From: Eledone cirrhosa
Taxonomy: Eukaryota
Direction of reading: 5' to 3'
DNA length: 64,000 nt
Assembly (NCBI GenBank): GCA_964016885.1
Contig: OZ024741.1
Location: forward strand, 395,684,001-395,748,000
Shown: positions 1-15,000 of the stretch, piece by piece
Position numbering within the stretch: the stretch's first letter is position 1
Layout: each line of letters begins with the position of its first letter
Program-made: the position numbers and the translations under genes
Notes under the pieces: generated by a model
Databases searched by the model: none
What the model was told of the DNA's origin: nothing
What the model saw: the letters and a program-made list of their open reading frames with translations, nothing else

Positions 1-3000
1 GTTGTGAGTGTCATACAACTAACTATATTCTCTTGTTGTGAGTGTCATACAACTAGCTATATTCTCTTGTTGTGCGTGTCATACTACTAACTATATTCTC
101 TTGTTTCGAGTGTCATACAACTAACTATATACTCTTGTTGTGAGTGTCATACAACTAACTATATTCACTTGTTGCGAGTGTCATACAACAAGCTATATTC
201 TCTTGTTGTGAGTGTCATAAAACTAACTATATTCTCTTGTTGTGAGTGTCATACAACTAACTATATTCTCTTGTTGTGAGTGTCATACAACTAACTATAT
301 TCTCTTGTTGTGAGTGTCATACAACTAACTATATTCTCTTGTTGTGAGTGTCATACAACTAGCTATATTTCTTGTTGTGAGTGTCATACAACTAACTCTA
401 TTCTCTTGTTGTGAGTGTCATACAACTAACTATATTCTCTTGTTGTGAGTGTCATACAACTAGCTATATTCTCTTGTTGTGATTGTCATACAACTAACTA
501 TATTCTCTTGTTGTGAGTGTCATACAACTAGCTATATTCCCTGTTGTGAGTGTCATACAACTAACTATATTCTCTTGTTGTGAGTGTCATACAACTAACT
601 ATATGCTCTTGTTGTGAGTGTCATACAACTAACTATATTCGCTCGTTGTGAGTGTCATACAACTAACTATATACTCTTGTTGTGAGTGTCATGCAACAAG
701 CTATATTCTCTTGTTGTGAGTGTCATACAACTAACTATATACTCTTTTTGTGATTGTCATACAACTAACTATATTCTCTTGTTGTGAGTGTCATACAACT
801 AGCTATATTCTCTTCGTGAGTGTCATACAACTAACTATATACTCTTGTTGTGAGTGTCATACAACTAGCTATATGCTCTTGTTGCGAGTGTCATACAACT
901 AACTATATACTCTTGTTGTGAATGTCATACAACTAACTATATACTCTTGTTGTGAGTGTCATACAACTAACTATATGCTCTTGTTTCGAGTATCATACAA
1001 CTAACTATATACTCTTGTTGTAAGTGTCATACAACTAACTATATACCCTTGTTGCGAGTGTCATACAAGTAACTATATACTCTTGTTGTGACTGTCATAC
1101 AACTAGCTATATGCTCTTGTTGCGAGTGTCATACAACTAACTATATACTCTTGTTGTGAGTGTCATACAACTAACTATATTCTCTTGTTGTGAGTGTCAT
1201 ACAACTAGCTATATTCTCTTGTTGTGCGTGTCATACTACTAACTATATTCTCTTGTTTCGAGTGTCATACAACTAACTATATACTCTTGTTGTGAGTGTC
1301 ATACAACTAACTATATTCACTTGTTGCGAGTGTCATACAACAAGCTATATTCTCTTGTTGTGAGTGTCATAAAACTAACTATATTCTCTTGTTGTGAGTG
1401 TCATACAACTAACTATATTCTCTTGTTGTGAGTGTCATACAACTAACTATATTCTCTTGTTGTGAGTGTCATACAACTAACTATATTCTCTTGTTGTGAG
1501 TGTCATACAACTAGCTATATTTCTTGTTGTGAGTGTCATACAACTAACTCTATTCTCTTGTTGTGAGTGTCGTACAACTAACTATATTCTCTTGTTGTGA
1601 GTGTCATACAACTAGCTATATTCTCTTGTTGTGATTGTCATACAACTAACTATATTCTCTTGTTGTGAGTGTCATACAACTAGCTATATTCCCTGTTGTG
1701 AGTGTCATACAACTAACTATATTCTCTTGTTGTGAGTGTCATACAACTAACTATATTCTCTTGTTGTGAGTGTCATACAACTAACTATATGCTCTTGTTG
1801 TGAGTGTCATACAACTAACTATATTCGCTTGTTGTGAGTGTCATACAACTAACTATATACTCTTGTTGTGAGTGTCATGCAACAAGCTATATTCTCTTGT
1901 TGTGAGTGTCATACAACGAGCTATATTCTCTTGTCGTGAGTGTCATACAACTAGCTATATGCTCTTGTTGTGAATGTCATACAACAAGCTATATTCTCTT
2001 GTTGTGTGTGTCATACAACTAGCTATATTCTCTTGTTGTGAGTGTCATACAACTAACTATATTCTCTTGTTGTGAGTGTCATATAACTAAATATATTCTC
2101 TTGTTGTGTGTGTCATACAACTAACTATATTCTCTTGTTGTGAGTGTCATACAACTAGCTATATTCTCTTGTTGTGAGTGTCATACAACTAGCTATATTC
2201 TCTTGTTGTGAGTGTCATACAACTAAATCTATTCTCTTGTTGTGAGTGTCATACAACTAGCTATATTCTCTTGTTGTGAGTTTCATACAACTAAATCTAT
2301 TCTCTTGTTGTGAGTGTCATACAACTAACTATATTCTCTTGTTATCAGTGTCATACAACCAACTATATACTCTTGTTGTGAGTGTCATACAACTAACTAT
2401 ATACTCTTGTTGTGAGTGTCATACAACTAGCTATATTCTCTTGTTGTGATTGTCATACAACTAACTATATTCTCTTGTTGTGAGTGTCATACAACTAGCT
2501 ATATTCCCTGTTGTGAGTGTCATACAACTAACTATATTCTCTTGTTGTGAGTGTCATACAACTAACTATATTCTCTTGTTGTGAGTGTCATACAACTAAC
2601 TATATGCTCTTGTTGTGAGTGTCATACAACTAACTATATTCGCTTGTTGTGAGTGTCATACAACTAACTATATACTCTTGTTGTGAGTGTCATGCAACAA
2701 GCTATATTCTCTTGTTGTGAGTGTCATACAACTAGCTATATTCTCTTGTTGTGAGTGTCATACAACTAACTATATTCTCTTGTTGTGAGTGTCATATAAC
2801 TAATTATATTCTCTTGTTGTGTGTGTCATACAACTAACTATATTCTCTTGTTGTGAGTGTCATACAACTAGCTATATACTCTTGTTGTGAGTGTCATACA
2901 ACTAACTATATTCTCTTGTTGTGAGTGTCATACAACTAACTATATTCTCTTGTTGTGAGTGTCATACAACTAACTATATTCTCTTGTTGTGCGTGTCATA

Positions 3001-6000
3001 CAACTAGCTATATTCTCTTCTTGTGAGTGTCATACAACTAGTTATATGCTCTTGTTGTGAATGTCATACAACAAGCTATATTCTCTTGTTGTGAGTGTCA
3101 TACAACTAGCTATATTCTCTTGTTGTGAGTGTCATACAACTAGCTATATGCTCTTGTTGTGAATGTCATACAACAAGCTATATTCTCTTGTTGTGAGTGT
3201 CATACAACTAACTATATACTCTTGTTGTGAGTGTCATACAACTAACTATATTCTCTTGTTGTGAGTGTCATACAACTAGCTATATTCTCTTGTTGTGAGT
3301 GTCATACAATTAACTATATACTCTTGTTGTGATTGTCATACAACTAACTATATTCTCTTGTTGTGAGTGTCATACAACTAGCTATATGCTCTTGTTGTGA
3401 GTGTCATACAACTAACTATATACTCTTGTTATGAGTGTCATACAACTAGCTATATTCTCTTGTTGTGAGTGTCATACAACTAACTATATACTCTTGTTGT
3501 GAATGTCATATAACTAGCTATATGCTCTTGTTGCCAGTGTCATACAATTAACTATATTCTCTTGTTGTGAGTGTCATACAACTAGCTATATGCTCTTGTT
3601 GTGAGTGTCATACAACTAGATATATTCTCTTGTTGTGAGTGTCATACAACTAACTATATGCTCTTGTTGTGAGTGTCATACAACTAACTATATACTCTTG
3701 TTGTGAGTGTCATACAACTAGCTATATGCTCTTGTTGTGAGTGTCATACCACTAACTATATTCTCTTGTTGCGAGTGTCATACAACAAGCTATATTCTCT
3801 TGTTGTGAGTGTCATACAACTAACTATATTCTCTTTTTGTGAGTGTCATACAACTAACTTTATTCTCTTGTTGTGAGTGTCATACAACTAGCTATATTCT
3901 CTTGTTGTGAGTGTCATACAACTAACTCTATTCTCTTGTTGTGAGTGTCATACAACTAACTATATTCTCTTGTTGTGAGTGTCATACAACTAACTATATT
4001 CTCTTGTTGTGAGTGTCATACAACTAGCTATATTCTCTTGTTGTGAGTGTCATACAACTAACTCTATTCTCTTGTTGTGAGTGTCATACAAGTAACTATA
4101 TACTCTTGTTGTGAGTGTCATACAACTAACTATATTCTCTTGTTGTGAGTGTCATACAACTAGCTATATTCTCTTGTTGTGAGTGTCATACCACTAACTA
4201 TATTCTCTTGTTGCGAGTGTCATACAACAAGCTATATTCTCTTGTTGTGAGTATCATACAACTAAATATATTCACTTGTTGTGAGTGTCATACAACTAAC
4301 TCTATTCTCTTGTTGTGTATGTCATACAACTAGCTATATTCTCTTGTTGTGAGTATCATACAACTAACTCTATTCTCTTGTTGTGTGTGTCATACAACTA
4401 ACTATATTCTCTTGTTATCAGTGTCATACAACTAGCTATATTCACTTGTTGTGAGTGTCATACAACTAACTATACACTCTTGTTGTGATTGTCATACAAC
4501 TAACAATATTCTCTTGTTGTGAGTGTCATACAACTAGCTATATGCTCTTGTTGTGAGTGTCATACAACTAACTATATTCGCTTGTTGTGAGTGTCATACA
4601 ACTAACTATATACTCTTGTTGTGAGTGTCATGCAACAAGCTTTATTCTCTTGTTGTGAGTGTCATACAACGAGCTATATTCTCTTGTCGTGAGTGTCATA
4701 CAACTAGCTATATGCTCTTGTCGTGAATGTCATACAACAAGCTATATTCTCTTGTTGTGAGTGTCATACAACTAGCTATATTCTCTTGTTGTGAGTGTCA
4801 TACAACTAACTATATTCTCTTGTTGTGAGTGTCATATAACTAACTATATTCTCTTGTTGTGTGTGTCATACAACTAACTATATTCTCATGTTGTGAGTGT
4901 CATACAACAAGCTATATACTCTTGTTGTGAGTGTCATACAACTAACTATATTCTCTTGTTGTGAGTGTCATACAACTAACTATATTCTCTTGTTGTGAGT
5001 GTCATACAACTAACTATATTCTCTTGTTGTGCGTGTCATACAACTAGCTATATTCTCTTCTTGTGAGTGTCATACAACTAGTTATATCCTCTTGTTGTGA
5101 ACGTCATACAACAAGCTATATTCTCTTGTTGTGAGTGTCATACAACTAACTATATACTCTTGTTGTGAGTGTCATACAACTAACTATATTCTCTTGTTGT
5201 GAGTGTCATACAACTAGCTATATTCTCTTGTTGTGAGTGTCATACAACTAACTATATACTCTTGTTGTGATTGTCATACAACTTACTATATTCTCTTGTT
5301 GTGAGTGTCATACAACTAGCTATATGCTCTTGTTGTGAGTGTCATACAACTAACTATATACTCTTGTTATGAGTGTCATACAACTAGCTATATTCTCTTG
5401 TTGTGAGTGTCATACAACTAACATTATACTCTTGTTGTGAATGTCATACAATTAACTATATTCTCTTGTTGTGAGTGTCATACAACTAGCTATATGCTCT
5501 TGTTGTGAGTGTCATACAACTAGATATATTCTCTTGTTGTGAGTGTCATACAACTAACTATATGCTCTTGTTGTGAGTGTCATACAACTAACTATATACT
5601 CTTGTTGTGAGTGTCATACAACTAGCTATATGCTCTTGTTGTGAGTGTCATACCACTAACTATATTCTCTTGTTGCGAGTGTCATACAACAAGCTATATT
5701 CTCTTGTTGTGAGTGTCATACAACTAACTATATTCTCTTGTTGTGAGTGTCATACAACTAACTTTATTCTCTTGTTGTGAGTGTCATACAACTAGCTATA
5801 TTCTCTTGTTGTGAGTGTCATACAACTAACTCTATTCTCTTGTTGTGAGTGTCATACAACTAACTATATTCTCTTGTTGTGAGTGTCATACAACTAACTA
5901 TATTCTCTTGTTGTGAGTGTCATACAACTACCTATATTCTCTTGTTGTGAGTGTCATACAACTAACTCTATTCTCTTGTTGTGAGTGTCATACAACTAAC

Positions 6001-9000
6001 TATATACTCTTGTTGTGAGTGTCATACAACTAACTATATTCTCTTGTTGTGAGTGTCATACAACTAGCTATATTCTCTTGTTGTGAGTGTCATACCACTA
6101 ACTATATTCTCTTGTTGCGAGTGTCATACAACAAGCTATATTCTCTTGTTGTGAGTATCATACAACTAAATATATTCTCTTGTTGTGAGTGTCATACAAC
6201 TAACTCTATTCTCTTGTTGTGTATGTCATACAACTAGCTATATTCTCTTGTTGTGAGTATCATACAACTAACTCTATTCTCTTGTTGTGTGTGTCATACA
6301 ACTAACTATATTCTCTTGTTATCAGTGTCATACAACTAGCTATATTCACTTGTTGTGAGTGTCATACAACTAACTATACACTCTTGTTGTGATTGTCATA
6401 CAACTAACAATATTCTCTTGTTGTGAGTGTCATACAACTAACTATATACTCTTGTTATGAGTGTCATACAACTAGCTATATTTTCTTGTTGCGAGTGTCA
6501 TACAACTAACTATATACTCTTGTTGTGAATGTCATACAACTAACTATATACTCTTGTTGTGAGTGTCATACAACTAACTATATGCTCTTGTTTCGAGTAT
6601 CATACAACTAACTATATACTCTTGTTGTGAGTGTCATACAACTAACTATATACACTTGTTGCGAGTGTCATACAAGTAACTATATACTCTTGTTGTGAGT
6701 GTCATACAACTAGCTATATGCTCTTGTTGCGAGTGTCATACAACTAACTATATACTCTTGTTGTGAGTGTCATACAACTAACTATATTCTCTTGTTGTGA
6801 GTGTCATACAACTAGCTATATTCTTTTGTTGTGCGTGTCATACCACTAACTATATTCTCTTGTTTCGAGTGTCATACAACTAACTATATACTCTTGTTGT
6901 CAGTGTCATACCACTAACTATATTCACTTGTTGCGAGTGTCATACAACAAGCTATATTCTCTTGTTGTGAGTGTCATAAAACTAACTATATTCTCTTGTT
7001 GTGAGTGTCATACAACTAACTATATTCTCTTGTTGTGAGTGTCGTACAACTAACTATATTCTCTTGTTGTTAGTGTCATACAACTAACTATATTCTCTTG
7101 TTGTGAGTGTCATACAACTAGCTATATTTCTTGTTGTGAGTGTCATACAACTAACTCTATTCTCTTGTTGTGAGTGTCATACAACTAACTATATTCTCTT
7201 GTTATCAGTGTCATACAACTAACTATATACTCTTGTTGTGAGTGTCATACAACTAACTATATACTCTTGTTGTGAGTGTCATACAACTAGCTATATTCTC
7301 TTGTTGTGATTGTCATACAACTAACTATATTCTCTTGTTGTGAGTGTCATACAACTAGCTATATTCCCTGTTGTGAGTGTCATACAACTAACTATATTCT
7401 CTTGTTGTTAGTGTCATACAACTAACTATATTCTCTTGTTGTGAGTGTCATACAACTAACTATATGCTCTTGTTGTGAGTGTCATACAACTAACTATATT
7501 CGCTTGTTGTGAGTGTCATACAACTAACTATATACTCTTGTTGTGAGTGTCATGCAACAAGCTATATTCTCTTGTTGTGACTGTCATACAACGAGCTATA
7601 TTCTCTTGTCGTGAGTGTCATACAACTAGCTATATGCTCTTGTTGTGAGTGTCATACAACTAACTATATTCTCTTGTTGTGAGTGTCATATAACTAACTA
7701 TATTCTCTTGTTGTGAGTGTCATACAACTAATTATATTCTCTTGTTGTGAGTGTCATACAACTAACTATATTCTCTTGTTGTGCGTGTCATACAACTAGC
7801 TATATTCTCTTCTTGTGAGTGTCATACAACTAGTTATATGCTCTTGTTGTGAATGTCATACAACAAGCTATATTCTCTTGTTGTGAGTGTCATACAACTA
7901 GCTATATTCTCTTGTTGTGAGTGTCATACAACTAGCTATATGCTCTTGTTGTGAATGTCATACAACAAGCTATATTCTCTTGTTGTGAGTGTCATACAAC
8001 ATACTATATACTCTTGTTGTGAGTGTCATACAACTAGCTATATTCTCTTGTTGTGAGTGTCATACAACTAACTATATACTCTTGTTGTGATTGTCATACA
8101 ACTAACAATTTTCTCTTGTTGTGAGTGTCATACAACTAGCTATATGCTCTTGTTGTGAGTGTCATACAACTAACTATATACTCTTGTTATGAGTGTCATA
8201 CAACTAGCTATATTCTCTTGTTGTGAGTGTCATACAACTAACTATATACTCTTGTTGTGAGTGTCATACAACTAACTATATTCTCTTGTTGTGAGTGTCA
8301 TACCACTAACTATATTCACTTGTTGCGAGTGTCATACAACAAGCTATATTCTCTTGTTGTGAGTGTCATAAAACTAACTATATTCTCTTGTTGTGTGTGT
8401 CATACAACTAACTATATAATCTTGTTGTGAGTGTCATACAACTAACTATATTCTCTTGTTGTGAGTGTCATACAACTAACTATATTCTCTTGTTGTGAGT
8501 GTCATACAACTAGCTATATTTCTTGTTGTGAGTGTCATACAACTAACTCTATTCTCTTGTTGTGAGTGTCATACAACTAACTATATTCTCTTGTTATCAG
8601 TGTCATACAACTAACTATATACTCTTGTTGTGAGTGTCATACAACTAACTATATACTCTTGTTGTGAGTGTCATACAACTAGCTATATTCTCTTGTTGTG
8701 ATTGTCATACAACTAACTATATTCTCTTGTTGTGAGTGTCATACAACTAGCTATATTCCCTGTTGTGAGTGTCATACAACTAACTATATTCTCTTGTTGT
8801 TAGTGTCATACAACTAACTATATTCTCTTGTTGTGAGTGTCATACAACTAACTATATGCTCTTGTTGTGAGTGTCATACAACTAACTATATTCGCTTGTC
8901 GTGAGTGTCATACAACTAACTATATACTCTTGTTGTGAGTGTCATGCAACAAGCTATATTCTCTTGTTGTGACTGTCATAAAACGAGCTATATTCTCTTG

Positions 9001-12000
9001 TCGTGAGTGTCATACAACTAGCTATATGCTCATGTTGTGAATGTCATACAACAAGCTATATTCTCTTGTTGTGAGTGTCATACAACTAGCTATATTCTCT
9101 TGTTGTGAGTGTCATACAACTAACTATATTCTCTTGTTGCGAGTGTCATATAACTAACTATATTCTCTTGTTGTGTGTGTCATACAACTAACTATATTCT
9201 CTTCTTGTGAGTGTCATACAACTAGCTATATACTCTTGTTGTGAGTGTCATACAACTAACTATATTCTCTTGTTGTGAGTGTCATACAACTAATTATATT
9301 CTCTTGTTGTGAGTGTCATACAACTAACTATATTCTCTTGTTGTGCGTGTCATACAACTAGCTATATTCTCTTCTTGTGAGTGTCATACAACTAGTTATA
9401 TGCTCTTGTTGTGAATGTCATACAACAAGCTATATTCTCATGTTGTGAGTGTCATACAACTAGCTATATTCTCTTGTTGTGAGTGTCATACAACTAGCTA
9501 TATGCTCTTGTTGTGAATGTCATACAACAAGCTATATTCTCTTGTTGTGAGTGTCATACAACTAACTATATACTCTTGTTGTGAGTGTCATATAACTAAC
9601 TATATTCTCTTGTTGTGAGTGTCATACAACTAGCTATATTCTCTTGTTGTGAGTGTCATACAACTAATTATATACTCTTGTTGTGATTGTCATACAACTA
9701 ACAATATTCTCTTGTTGTGAGTGTCATACAACTAGCTATATGCTCTTGTTGTGAGTGTCATACAACTAACTATATACTCTTGTTATGAGTGTCATACAAC
9801 TAGCTATATTCTCTTGTTGTGAGTGTCATACAACTAACTATATACTCTTGTTGTGAATGTCATACAACTAGCTATATGCTCTTGTTGCCAGTGTCATACA
9901 ATTAACTATATTCTCTTGTTGTGAGTGTCATACAACTAGCTATATGCTCTTGTTGTGAGTGTCATACAACTAACTATATACTCTTGTTGTGAGTGTCATA
10001 CAACTAGCTATATGCTCTTGTTGCGAGTGTCATACAACTAACTATATACTCTTGTTGTGAGTGTCATACAAATAGCTATATGCTCTTGTTGTGAGTGTCA
10101 TACAACTAACTATATACTCTTGTTGTGAGTGTATACAACTAGCTATATGCTCTTGTTGCGAGTGTCATACAACTAACTATATACTCTTGTTGTGAGTGTC
10201 ATACAACTAGCTATATGCTCTTGTTGCGAGTGTCATACAACTAACTATATACTCTTGTTGTGAGTGTCATACAAATAGCTATATGCTCTTGTTGTGAGTG
10301 TCATACAACTAACTATATACTCTTGTTGTGAGTGTATACAACTAGCTATATGCTCTTGTTGCGAGTGTCATACAACGAGCTATATTCTCTTGTCGTGAGT
10401 GTCATACAACTAGCTATATGCTCTTGTCGTGAATGTCATACAACAAGCTATATTCTCTTGTTGTGAGTGTCATACAACTAGCTATATTCTCTTGTTGTGA
10501 GTGTCATACAACTAACTATATTCTCTTGTTGTGAGTGTCATATAACTAACTATATTCTCTTGTTGTGTGTGTCATACAACTAACTATATTCTCTTGTTGT
10601 GAGTGTCATACAACAAGCTATATACTCTTGTTGTGAGTGTCATACAACTAACTATATTCTCTTGTTGTGAGTGTCATACAACTAACTATATTCTCTTGTT
10701 GTGAGTGTCATACAACTAACTATATTCTCTTGTTGTGCGTGTCATACAACTAGCTATATTCTCTTCTTGTGAGTGTCATACAACTAGTTATATGCTCTTG
10801 TTGTGAATGTCATACAACAAGCTATATTCTCTTGTTGTGAGTGTCATACAACTAGCTATATTCTCTTGTTGTGAGTGTCATACAACTAGCTATATGCTCT
10901 TGTTGTGAATGTCATACAACAAGCTATATTCTCTTGTTGTGAGTGTCATACAACTAACTATATACTCTTGTTGTGAGTGTCATACAACTAACTATATTCT
11001 CTTGTTGTGAGTGTCATACAACTAGTTATATTCTCTTGTTGTGAGTGTCATACAACTAACTATATACTCTTGTTGTGATTGTCATACAACTTACTATATT
11101 CTCTTGTTGTGAGTGTCATACAACTAGCTATATGCTCTTGTTGTGAGTGTCATACAACTAACTATATACTCTTGTTATGAGTGTCATACAACTAGCTATA
11201 TTCTCTTGTTGTGAGTGTCATACAACTAACATTATACTCTTGTTGTGAATGTCATATAACTAGCTATATGCTCTTGTTGCCAGTGTCATACAATTAACTA
11301 TATTCTCTTGTTGTGAGTGTCATACAACTAGCTATATGCTCTTGTTGTGAGTGTCATACAACTAGATATATTCTCTTGTTGTGAGTGTCATACAACTAAC
11401 TATATGCTCTTGTTGTGAGTGTCATACAACTAACTATATACTCTTGTTGTGAGTGTCATACAACTAGCTATATGCTCTTGTTGTGAGTGTCATACCACTA
11501 ACTATATTCTCTTGTTGCGAGTGTCATACAACAAGCTATATTCTCTTGTTGTGAGTGTCATACAACTAACTATATTCTCTTGTTGTGAGTGTCATACAAC
11601 TAACTTTATTCTCTTGTTGTGAGTGTCATACAACTAGCTATATTCTCTTGTTGTGAGTGTCATACAACTAACTCTATTCTCTTGTTGTGAGTGTCATACA
11701 ACTAACTATATTCTCTTGTTGTGAGTGTCATACAACTAACTATATTCTCTTGTTGTGAGTGTCATACAACTACCTATATTCTCTTGTTGTGAGTGTCATA
11801 CAACTAACTCTATTCTCTTGTTGTGAGTGTCATACAACTAACTATATACTCTTGTTGTGAGTGTCATACAACTAACTATATTCTCTTGTTGTGAGTGTCA
11901 TACAACTAGCTATATTCTCTTGTTGTGAGTGTCATACCACTAACTATATTCTCTTGTTGCGAGTGTCATACAACAAGCTATATTCTCTTGTTGTGAGTAT

Positions 12001-15000
12001 CATACAACTAAATATATTCTCTTGTTGTGAGTGTCATACAACTAACTCTATTCTCTTGTTGTGTATGTCATACAACTAGCTATATTCTCTTGTTGTGAGT
12101 ATCATACAACTAACTCTATTCTCTTGTTGTGTGTGTCATACAACTAACTATATTCTCTTGTTATCAGTGTCATACAACTAGCTATATTCACTTGTTGTGA
12201 GTGTCATACAACTAACTATACACTCTTGTTGTGATTGTCATACAACTAACAATATTCTCTTGTTGTGAGTGTCATACAACTAGCTATATGCTCTTGTTGT
12301 GAGTGTCATACAACTAACTATATATTCTTGTTATGAGTGTCATACAACTAGCTATATTTTCTTGTTGCGAGTGTCATACAACTAACTATATACTCTTGTT
12401 GTGAATGTCATACAACTAACTATATACTCTTGTTGTGAGTGTCATACAACTAACTATATGCTCTTGTTTCGAGTATCATACAACTAACTATATACTCTTG
12501 TTGTGAGTGTCATACAACTAACTATATACACTTGTTGCGAGTGTCATACAAGTAACTATATACTCTTGTTGTGAGTGTCATACAACTAGCTATATGCTCT
12601 TGTTGCGAGTGTCATACAACTAACTATATACTCTTGTTGTGAGTGTCATACAACTAACTATATTCTCTTGTTGTGAGTGTCATACAACTAGCTATATTCT
12701 CTTGTTGTGCGTGTCATACCACTAACTATATTCTCTTGTTTCGAGTGTCATACAACTAACTATATACTCTTGTTGTCAGTGTCATACCACTAACTATATT
12801 CACTTGTTGCGAGTGTCATACAACAAGCTATATTCTCTTGTTGTGAGTGTCATAAAACTAACTATATTCTCTTGTTGTGAGTGTCATACAACTAACTATA
12901 TTCTCTTGTTGTGAGTGTCGTACAACTAACTATATTCTCTTGTTGTTAGTGTCATACAACTAACTATATTCTCTTGTTGTGAGTGTCACACAACTAGCTA
13001 TATTTCTTGTTGTGAGTGTCATACAACTAACTCTATTCTCTTGTTGTGAGTGTCATACAACTAACTATATTCTCTTGTTATCAGTGTCATACAACTAACT
13101 ATATACTCTTGTTGTGAGTGTCATACAACTAACTATATATCCTTGTTGTGAGTGTCATACAACTAGCTATATTCTCTTGTTGTGATTGTCATACAACTAA
13201 CTATATTCTCTTGTTGTGAGTGTCATACAACTAGCTATATTCCCTGTTGTGAGTGTCATACAACTAACTATATTCTCTTGTTGTTAGTGTCATACAACTA
13301 ACTATATTCTCTTGTTGTGAGTGTCATACAACTAACTATATGCTCTTGTTGTGAGTGTCATACAACTAACTATACTCGCTTGTTGTGAGTGTCATACAAC
13401 TAAATATATACTCTTGTTGTGAGTGTCATGCAACAAGCTATATTCTCTTGTTGTGACTGTCATACAACGAGCTATATTCTCTTGTCGTGAGTGTCATACA
13501 ACTAGCTATATGCTCTTGTTGTGAGTGTCATACAACTAACTATATTCTCTTGTTGTGAGTGTCATATAACTAACTATATTCTCTTGTTGTGAGTGTCATA
13601 CAACTAATTATATTCTCTTGTTGTGAGTGTCATACAACTAACTATATTCTCTTGTTGTGCGTGTCATACAACTAGCTATATTCTCTTCTTGTGAGTGTCA
13701 TACAACTAGTTATATGCTCTTGTTGTGAATGTCATACAACAAGCTATATTCTCTTGTTGTGAGTGTCATACAACTAGCTATATTCTCTTGTTGTGAGTGT
13801 CATACAACTAGCTATATGCTCTTGTTGTGAATGTCATACAACAAGCTATATTCTCTTGTTGTGAGTGTCATACAACATACTATATACTCTTGTTGTGAGT
13901 GTCATACAACTAGCTATATTCTCTTGTTGTGAGTGTCATACAACTAACTATATACTCTTGTTGTGATTGTCATACAACTAACAATTTTCTCTTGTTGTGA
14001 GTGTCATACAACTAGCTATATGCTCTTGTTGTGAGTGTCATACAACTAACTATATACTCTTGTTATGAGTGTCATACAACTAGCTATATTCTCTTGTTGT
14101 GAGTGTCATACAACTAACTATATACTCTTGTTGTGAATGTCATACAACTAGCTATATGCTCTTGTTGCCAGTGTCATACAATTAACTATATTCTCTTGTT
14201 GTGAGTGTCATACAACTAGCTATATGCTCTTGTTGTGAGTGTCATACAACTAACTATATACTCTTGTTGTGAGTGTCATACAACTAGCTATATGCTCTTG
14301 TTGCGAGTGTCATACAACTAACTATATACTCTTGTTGTGAGTGTCATACAAATAGCTATATGCTCTTGTTGTGAGTGTCATACAACTAACTATATACTCT
14401 TGTTGTGAGTGTATACAACTAGCTATATGCTCTTGTTGCGAGTGTCATACAACTAACTATATACTCTTGTTGTGAGTGTCATACAACTAGCTATATGCTC
14501 TTGTTGCGAGTGTCATACAACTAACTATATACTCTTGTTGTGAGTGTCATACAAATAGCTATATGCTCTTGTTGTGAGTGTCATACAACTAACTATATAC
14601 TCTTGTTGTGAGTGTATACAACTAGCTATATGCTCTTGTTGCGAGTGTCATACAACGAGCTATATTCTCTTGTCGTGAGTGTCATACAACTAGCTATATG
14701 CTCTTGTCGTGAATGTCATACAACAAGCTATATTCTCTTGTTGTGAGTGTCATACAACTAGCTATATTCTCTTGTTGTGAGTGTCATACAACTAACTATA
14801 TTCTCTTGTTGTGAGTGTCATATAACTAACTATATTCTCTTGTTGTGTGTGTCATACAACTAACTATATTCTCTTGTTGTGAGTGTCATACAACAAGCTA
14901 TATACTCTTGTTGTGAGTGTCATACAACTAACTATATTCTCTTGTTGTGAGTGTCATACAACTAACTATATTCTCTTGTTGTGAGTGTCATACAACTAAC

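Noticed and set aside
1-34. loxP/FRT-like 34-bp recombination site
   Set aside because: Only the length matches; there is no 13-8-13 inverted-arm architecture.
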